Positions 34,246-40,864 of a DNA stretch of 40,864 nt are shown here, in pieces. The stretch comes from Octopus sinensis (lineage: Eukaryota). How positions within the stretch are numbered: position 1 is the first letter of the stretch; every line of letters begins with the position of its first letter. The notes beneath the pieces are model-generated. The model was not told the DNA's origin. It was given only the letters and a program-made list of their open reading frames with translations, and searched no databases. The DNA is taken from positions 1-40,864 of the forward strand of contig NW_021835543.1 of the NCBI RefSeq assembly GCF_006345805.1. The letters are read 5' to 3'. A program made the position numbers and the translations under genes.

Positions 34246-34589
34246 TCTTCTATAGGCGCAAATGCCTGAAATATGGTAGGGGGGGAGGACCAGTCGATTA
34301 TACAGATCCCACTGCGCAATTAGTTCATCGACCCCAAAAGAAAGAAAGGAATTTGAACTAAGAACGCAAAGACGAACGAAATGCCGATAAGTATTTTCGG
34401 TTAGCTAACGATTCTGGAATTTCGCTGCCTTTGCAGCTTTAGCAATTCTTTCTACTTTATGCACAAGGCGTGAAATTTTGCAACAGGATCCAAAGTATTT
34501 TTTCACTCATTAATTCTTATTCATTTATTCATTTATTTTTATTTATCTATTTATTTCTTGTTTATTTGCTTATTTCATTTGTTTATTTC

Positions 34590-34820
34590 TGCAAAATCAG
34601 AAATTTGATTTGTTGCATTAAATTCCCGAATTACGAGGAATTATATATATAGGCGAGACGGGGGAATGCAATATCGGAATGCTCACGAGTCCACAGAAAC
34701 AAATCCAGAACACCAGTGTTCACCAAATTCCACTGAGTGAACATGTAGAAACATGTGGTCAGAAAATGTTTCTAATTTTTCCTTTCTACAAACTACATGA
34801 CACAAACTACATGACACATG
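34590..34820 (+). pseudogene. Penelope-like element GIY-YIG endonuclease fragment (copy 1)
   Basis: RNLICCIKFPNYEELYI/IGETG...RVHRKQI..IPLSEHVETCG..FLIFPFYKL with frameshifts. Confidence 0.88.
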
Positions 34821-35290
34821 ATTGTAATCTATTAATAAATAGCTCCAAACAAATGAATATTTACAGTCTGATGTTTGTCGATTGATTATCCTCTCCATTT
34901 TCGTTTGCCTTATATATATATATACATATGTATATCTTCGAAACACGCTGGAGTTGAACTAGGGACAGCTGATGAAGGGGATTTTTCCTGTGTAGTTTGT
35001 CTTGTACCCTGTTTTTTCGTTGTTTAAAAAATGGTCCGTTCCCTGCTTGTTCTTACTTTTTCGTTTTCGTTTTTCGTTTCTCGTTTAGTTCTACGTCTAC
35101 TTGTGGTGTCCTGTACTCACGTATATATATTTATATATGCATGTATATATACATGTAGATGTAGGTACGTACATATATGTATGTATGTATGCATATATTT
35201 TATTTATTACACTATCGTATGACTGAGCGCCCTCGCGTCGATTCGATTCGATTCGTTTAGTTTCGTTTCGTTTCTTCTTCTTCTCTAAGC

Positions 35291-35383
<93 letters not shown>

Positions 35384-35385
35384 TC

Positions 35386-36312
35386 TTATTTGCACTTGAT
35401 TGGTTCACCCATCAAAGGAACACAAAATATTCCTTGAAACACACAATTCGCATCACCAAAACAGTTTGGTGAAAAATTAAAAAACATAATAGCTAATGAA
35501 ATACTTATCTTAAGTGAAAGGCAATCACAGAACCTAAAGAAACTATTAACAAAGGCAAAATTCAACATGAGCAAACAGGATAAAACATTCACAGTATCCA
35601 AGTGTAAGGATAACAGATGTGGAACGTGTCACTCCATACACACAGGCAGATTCATTAGAACAAAAAAATGGACAGATTTTCGCAAATGCGGATGTGAACT
35701 GCATAAGCAGAAATTTGATCTGTTGCATTAAAAGCCTGAATTACGAGAAATTATATATATAGGCGAGACGGGGGAATGCATTATCAGAATGCTCACGAGT
35801 CCACAGACAACAAATCCGGAAGACCAATGTTCACTAAATTCCATTGAGCGATTATGTAGAGACATGTGGTCAGAAAATGTTTCTAATTTCTACAGAAAGA
35901 GAAGAAGCACTCCGTCGGTAACGACGATGAAGGTTCCGGTTGATCCGAATCAACGGAACAGCCTGCTCGTGAAATTAACGTGTAAGTGGCTGAGCACTCC
36001 ACAGACACGTGCACCCTTAACGTAGTTCTCGAGGATATTCAGCGTGACACAGAGAGTGACAAGGCCGGCCCTTGAAATTACAGGAACAACAGAAACAGGA
36101 AGTAAGAGTGAAAGAAAGTTGTGGTGAAAGAGTACAGCAGGGATCACCACCATCCCCTGCCGGAGCCTCGTGGAGCTTTTAGGTGTTTTCGCTCAAAAAC
36201 ACTCACAACGCCCGGTCTGGGAATCGAAACCGCGATCCAATGACCGCGAGTCCGCTGCCCTAACCACTGGGCCATTGCGCCTCCACTAATTTCTACAAAC
36301 TACATGACACAA
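35386..36312 (+). pseudogene. Penelope-like element RT C-terminus, linker and GIY-YIG (copy 2), interrupted by a SINE
   Basis: RQSQNLKKLLTKAKF, KCKDNRCGTC, NCISRNLICCIK, YIGETG; resumes after the SINE at 36287. Confidence 0.9.
35895..36286 (-). mobile_element. SINE family 2, full length with TSD
   Basis: 11-bp TSD TAATTTCTACA at 35884-35894 and 36287-36297. Confidence 0.92.
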
Positions 36313-36816
36313 GAGAGGTTGGAAAAAAGATAAAAGAAAAACGGTTTATTAAAATGTTCAAATCTGTTCTGGACGGATTTGACAGCAATAATATAACAGC
36401 TAGTTAATGGTGCAGATCAAAAATATCTCTAGCATATAAATATAAACAAGTTACAGAATATCGGTACGCCTGGCAAACAGTGATTCTTGAGATGCATGCG
36501 GATTGGTCAAAAAGGTATTCTAAAAATTCAGCTTGTTGGTGCATTCTAAGAGGTACTAAAGTTTTCAAAAACTTAACTGTCAGTTAAACACATCTGAAAT
36601 TTGATAATTACACTATGTATGAAAGCGCTAATTTAACTTTATGAGTATTACGATATATATATATATTTGTTTTTAATGTTAAAATACCATTAAAAAAAAA
36701 CTTGATAAACCAGACCATGTTTTAACTTTACTCAACAGATAAGTTATTCAGTATACATTCACACAAATTCGAAAAAAATACATACATACATGAATACATA
36801 CATACATACATACTTA

Positions 36817-36880
<64 letters not shown>

Positions 36881-36940
36881 ATATATATATATATATATTT
36901 TGTGTGTGTGTGGGTTGTGTGTGTGTGTATATGATTGATG

Positions 36941-37359
36941 ATGATTGATTGATTGATTCTAGTTTCAGCTTATGAGCTGTGGCCATGCTGGGCACCGCCA
37001 TTTGGTGTGTTTGCTATTGGTTTCACTTCATGGAGGCTTTCTAGCAACTGCTATTTGGTGCATGAGAGAGTTTCGATGCAGCTGCCCTCATCTGCCCCTC
37101 CTGCCGTGAAGTTGGTTCATCTGGGACACCTGACAGGAAGAGATCCAGCTTCATTTTAAAGACATCTGTATCCACCCCATGCAGGTCTCTCAGGTTCTTC
37201 GGGAGGATATTGAAGAGCTGTGGGCCTCGGAAGCCCAGGGCTATCACAGAATCTGTCCTACATCTTGATGGCAGGTTTGGAGTCCTAGGCACCACGCAGT
37301 GGCGCCCAGTTTCTGGCATTTGCGTAACTCTCGATGCCAAAGTTCAGGACACTTCCCTC
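36941..37359 (-). pseudogene. CR1/L2-like LINE copy C1, 3' fragment with (AATC)n tail
   Basis: GRHCVVP..LGFRGPQLFNILP..FKMKLDLFLSGVPDEPT..RAAAS. Confidence 0.92.
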
Positions 37360-37622
37360 GTATATATCAATATATACATACATATATGTACATACCTACA
37401 TATATATGTATATATGCATGCATATATGGGTACAGGACATCAAAAAACGTTGAACACAATGAGAGACGAAAACATAAAAACAAAAACATGGAAACGAACT
37501 TTTTTTCAAACAACCAAAGAACAGAGTACAAGATATACAACACAAGGAATATTCTATGTATGCATTCTTTTGTGTGCTTCAGCACAAAACCTGCGGCCTT
37601 GTTGGAGCATGTATATATATAT

Positions 37623-37931
37623 AGATGTAGGACAAGATTCTGTCATAGCCTGGGCTTCCGAGGCCCACAGCTCTTCAATATCCTCCCGAAGAACCTGAGA
37701 GACCTGCATGGGGTGGATACAGATGTCTTTAAAATGAAGCTGGATCTCTTCCTGTCAGGTGTCCCAGATGAACCAACTTCACGGCAGGAGGGGCAGATGA
37801 TGAGGGCAGCTGCATCGAACTCTCTCATGCACCAAATAGCAGTTGCTAGAGAAAGCCCCATGAAGTGAAACCAAGTAGCAACACCAAATGGCGGTGCCCC
37901 AGCATGGCCACAGCTCATAAGCTGAAACTAG

Positions 37932-37976
<45 letters not shown>
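37623..37976 (+). pseudogene. CR1/L2-like LINE copy C2, 3' fragment with (AATC)n tail
   Basis: RTRFCHSLGFRGPQLFNILP..GVPDEPTSRQEGQMMRAAASNSLMHQ; near-identical to C1 in inverted orientation. Confidence 0.93.
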
Positions 37977-37977
<1 letters not shown>

Positions 37978-38099
37978 ATGTAGACATAAAGTAGATTCAA
38001 TCCTAGATACCCAAATTTAAATTAACACTTCAACAGCACTTTTCTCACGGTAAAACAATAGCTTTTTTTGTGACAGCAGTTTACATTTTACAGATACCT

Positions 38100-39175
38100 T
38101 GTTGTTGGCATCCTTTTGTCTCAGGAGACAATGGAGTTGCACATAAACTAATCTAGTCTGGTTTTTACATTTCATGTCCTCTCAAGTTTCCTCTCTAGTT
38201 TTGCACAGGCCTGAGCCAGATGTAAGAAAATCCTGGGTAGCCCAATCGTCAGGATTCCTCTCTTGACCTTGCTGACGTAGTCTAAAGGAGTGCAGAGCAT
38301 TACGTTTGGCACCAGCAGGAGCTGCCGGAAGAATGTCGAGTCGAACACTAAACCGCCTACGGGGCTCCACTCCGGATTTCCTTGAAGGTTGTCTCCTTTC
38401 CGTAACCCTGGATAGGGGTCCATACCGGGTGCTGTCAGCCGGAGCCAGCTGAATTCGGGACTCGTGTCAGGCAGGGTCGTCACTCCCTGAAGTAGTGAAG
38501 AAAATCGCTACCCACTACCTTAGCTAAGCAAAATAATGTCTTCGCTACTTGACCCTTCTAACCTCTTCTATTTCACCAAAAGCTAGAATTAAGATAACAA
38601 GTACTACCAACGAAATTCATTGTTCTCAACGATATGTCTATTTTTCTGGATAGTTATAAAAACAAGAACCCCAAGTAAAAGTTAGTCAGTTAGTGACAAC
38701 TCGAGTTAGTAAAAACCCGAGTTAGAGAGAGCGACCATCGATTAGTGATCGGACCACTAGAATCATAGCCACGAGCAGGCAGCCACTAAAGACAAACGGC
38801 CAGAAGGAAAAAGAAAATTACAATCAGTGACTATGCGAAACAACTTCCTTCGACTCTCTTACTATCACAAGCTCAGCTCACTTTCTTCTTAGAACTTTAC
38901 TCCATCTCTATCTATAATTACTACTATACAATGACGAGGACACAAACACAAACTATACAAGGAAAATCTACGACATCTATCTTTACTTCGCATGCTTTAC
39001 GATTTTATCACCTGCCCGTCAAGGCAAGGTATTTTACAATGTAACGGTAAAATAAATATTTTCTTTACAGCTTCAATCACTCTTCTTTCATCTTTACGAA
39101 GAACCAATCCTTACAAATTGATTACGACCCGGCGTTCCATATTATCGTGTACTAATTGATGACCCTACCGTTACA
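38100..39175 (-). mobile_element. Possible Gypsy-type remnant: short LTR-like unit (39040-39175), leader and decayed gag-like ORF
   Basis: TGTAACGGTA...TACCGTTACA inverted termini without TSD; minus-strand FRLRQQGQERNPDDWA..LCKTREET*EDM loosely resembles retrotransposon gag; no clear PBS. Confidence 0.4.
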
Positions 39176-39654
39176 TATATGTGAGTGTGTGTGTGTGTAT
39201 GTAAGTATGAGTGTACGTGTGTACTTTTACATGTATATTGTGATGTATATAATGATATATGCCATGGGTGTAATCAGGATCTCGTCTCGAATAACAGGAG
39301 TATCAATTAGTTAAAACAGATCCGTTAGCCGCCTAATTTGCGAGAAACACATGATTAAAATTTGACATTTGATAATTACATTTGCATGAAGTTGAAGTTG
39401 GTGGGTCTTCCGAGACTTCTAAACCTATCCTACCTACAAAAGTGTGTGTGTGTGCGTGTGTGTGTGTGTGTGTTTATATGTACAGGATGCCACGTGCTGA
39501 TAGATCATATTGTGTGTGTATGCATTATGATTGTACATGCATTGTGTATGTGTACATGCATTATGTATGTGTGTGTTTGCATATACAGGCATAGTGTGTG
39601 TGTGTGTGTGTGTGGTGTGTGTGTGTGTGCGTATCTTTTACTTATGTTTTATTT

Positions 39655-39870
39655 CTTTTTGTTTCAGTTACTGGCGTGTGGCCATTCTGGGGTACCGCCT
39701 TGAAAGGTTTAATCGAACAAATCGACCCCCAATATTTAATTTTTAAAACTTGGTACTAATTCTATATCGGTACCTTTCGCTGAACTGCTAGCTGCGGGTC
39801 GTAAACAAACCAATACCGGTTGTGAAGCGGTTGTGGGGGACAAACATATACATGAAAACACACACATAGG
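39655..39870 (-). mobile_element. Diverged SINE family 1 tail half
   Basis: TTTGTTTCAGTTACTGGCGTGTGGCCATTCTGGGGTACCGCC...AATCGACCCC. Confidence 0.75.
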
Positions 39871-39889
39871 TATATACAAATATCTATCT

Positions 39890-39982
39890 ATCAATCTCTC
39901 TCTCTCTCTTTCTCTCTATTTCTCTCTCTCTCTTTCTCTCTCTCTCTATTTCTCTCTCTCTCTCTCTCTATTTCTCTCTCTC

Positions 39983-40050
<68 letters not shown>

Positions 40051-40063
40051 TATGATATATATT

Positions 40064-40095
<32 letters not shown>

Positions 40096-40125
40096 TGTAT
40101 GTATGTATGTACGTATATATATATA
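39890..40125. repeat. (TC)n(TA)n(TATG)n compound microsatellite
   Basis: Direct reading. Confidence 0.95.
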
Positions 40126-40534
40126 TATCGGACGCCGGGGCGTATTATAAACGTACACATCTCCATATATTAGCATATATACGAAAACACGCGCGCGCGC
40201 CCTCGTACACATACAGACACATACACACACATACACACACACACACAAACACACACGCACATATACACACAAGCTCACACAGGTTTACGTTCTAATACAA
40301 GTTATAGATGCGTTTGCATAAAAGACAAACACAAATGGATTTAATGTTCCCTATAGTTGTTTCTGAAAGATTTTTCATTGATGACTAGCTCAGTCACTAC
40401 GATTATATCATGAAAATAACACTGCTTTCATCAAGTGATTGTAAACTTAGGTAGGAAAAGACAATACAAATTAACCCGCCTTACCAGGCATTGTAAAAGG
40501 CTGGCATAACGGGTCAATTTGTATTTTCACCCGT

Positions 40535-40672
40535 CTACCAAATCTGCTTGCAAGGTTTTAGTCGGCCTGAGTCTATAGTACAAGACGATTGCACAAGGTG
40601 ACACGTAGTGGGACTGATCTCAGAACCATGTGGTTGAGAAGCAAACTTCTTACCACACAACCATGCCCATAT
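40535..40672 (-). mobile_element. Diverged SINE family 1 head half
   Basis: CGTCTACCAAATC...GTGGGACTGA..CAGAACCATGTGGTT..CTTACCACACAACCATGCCCATAT. Confidence 0.75.
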
Positions 40673-40864
40673 ATACATACACACACACAAATACATACAT
40701 ACATACATACATACATACATACATACATACATACGTGTATGTGTGTGTGTGTGTGTGTGCACCTCTGATGAGAACCCAAGAAGGTTCAAAAATCGATTAA
40801 GGTTGTTCATTTTTCAGTCTACAGAGAAATGGCTAAAATTTGCCCATATCCACACGCACATACA

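Noticed and set aside
34935-34985. Permuted (type II) hammerhead: GAAAC...CUGAUGA
   Set aside because: Stems I and III cannot be formed convincingly
37299-37868. 189-aa ORF as an intact gene
   Set aside because: Fusion of antisense LINE, AT-rich spacer and the LINE C-terminus
40471-40517. TTAACCCG...CGGGTCAA mini inverted repeat as a piggyBac remnant
   Set aside because: Only 47 bp with imperfect ends; not distinguishable from chance

Overview
AT-rich eukaryotic, essentially non-genic window. The SINE families, (TA)n/(TATG)n microsatellite load and TTAGGG-bearing elements match what I recall of Octopus genomes (inference, not a database hit). No intact host gene is recognisable. The window is a layered mosaic of mobile DNA: three tRNA-derived SINE families, CR1/L2-like LINE fragments of at least three subfamilies, a decayed RT+RNase H LINE, a full-length decayed mariner, a solo LTR, a Gypsy-like remnant, Penelope GIY-YIG fragments, a head-to-tail Helitron/HINE-like array, a pogo-type MITE, and GG-terminal 8-bp-TSD MITEs carrying telomere-type repeats. 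The most notable structure is at 7686-8752: a non-coding tandem plus inverted array containing three minimal hammerhead ribozymes with a compensatory U3-A8 core and a palindromic stem III, i.e. a retrozyme-like/Penelope-dependent element. Other hammerhead-like motifs and fold-back palindromes occur elsewhere. SINEs and LINEs in the window share a covarying 3' hairpin. A duplicated exon-like segment (16199-16286, 17800-17890) is the only hint of host coding sequence. All element-family assignments come from motif recognition by eye.
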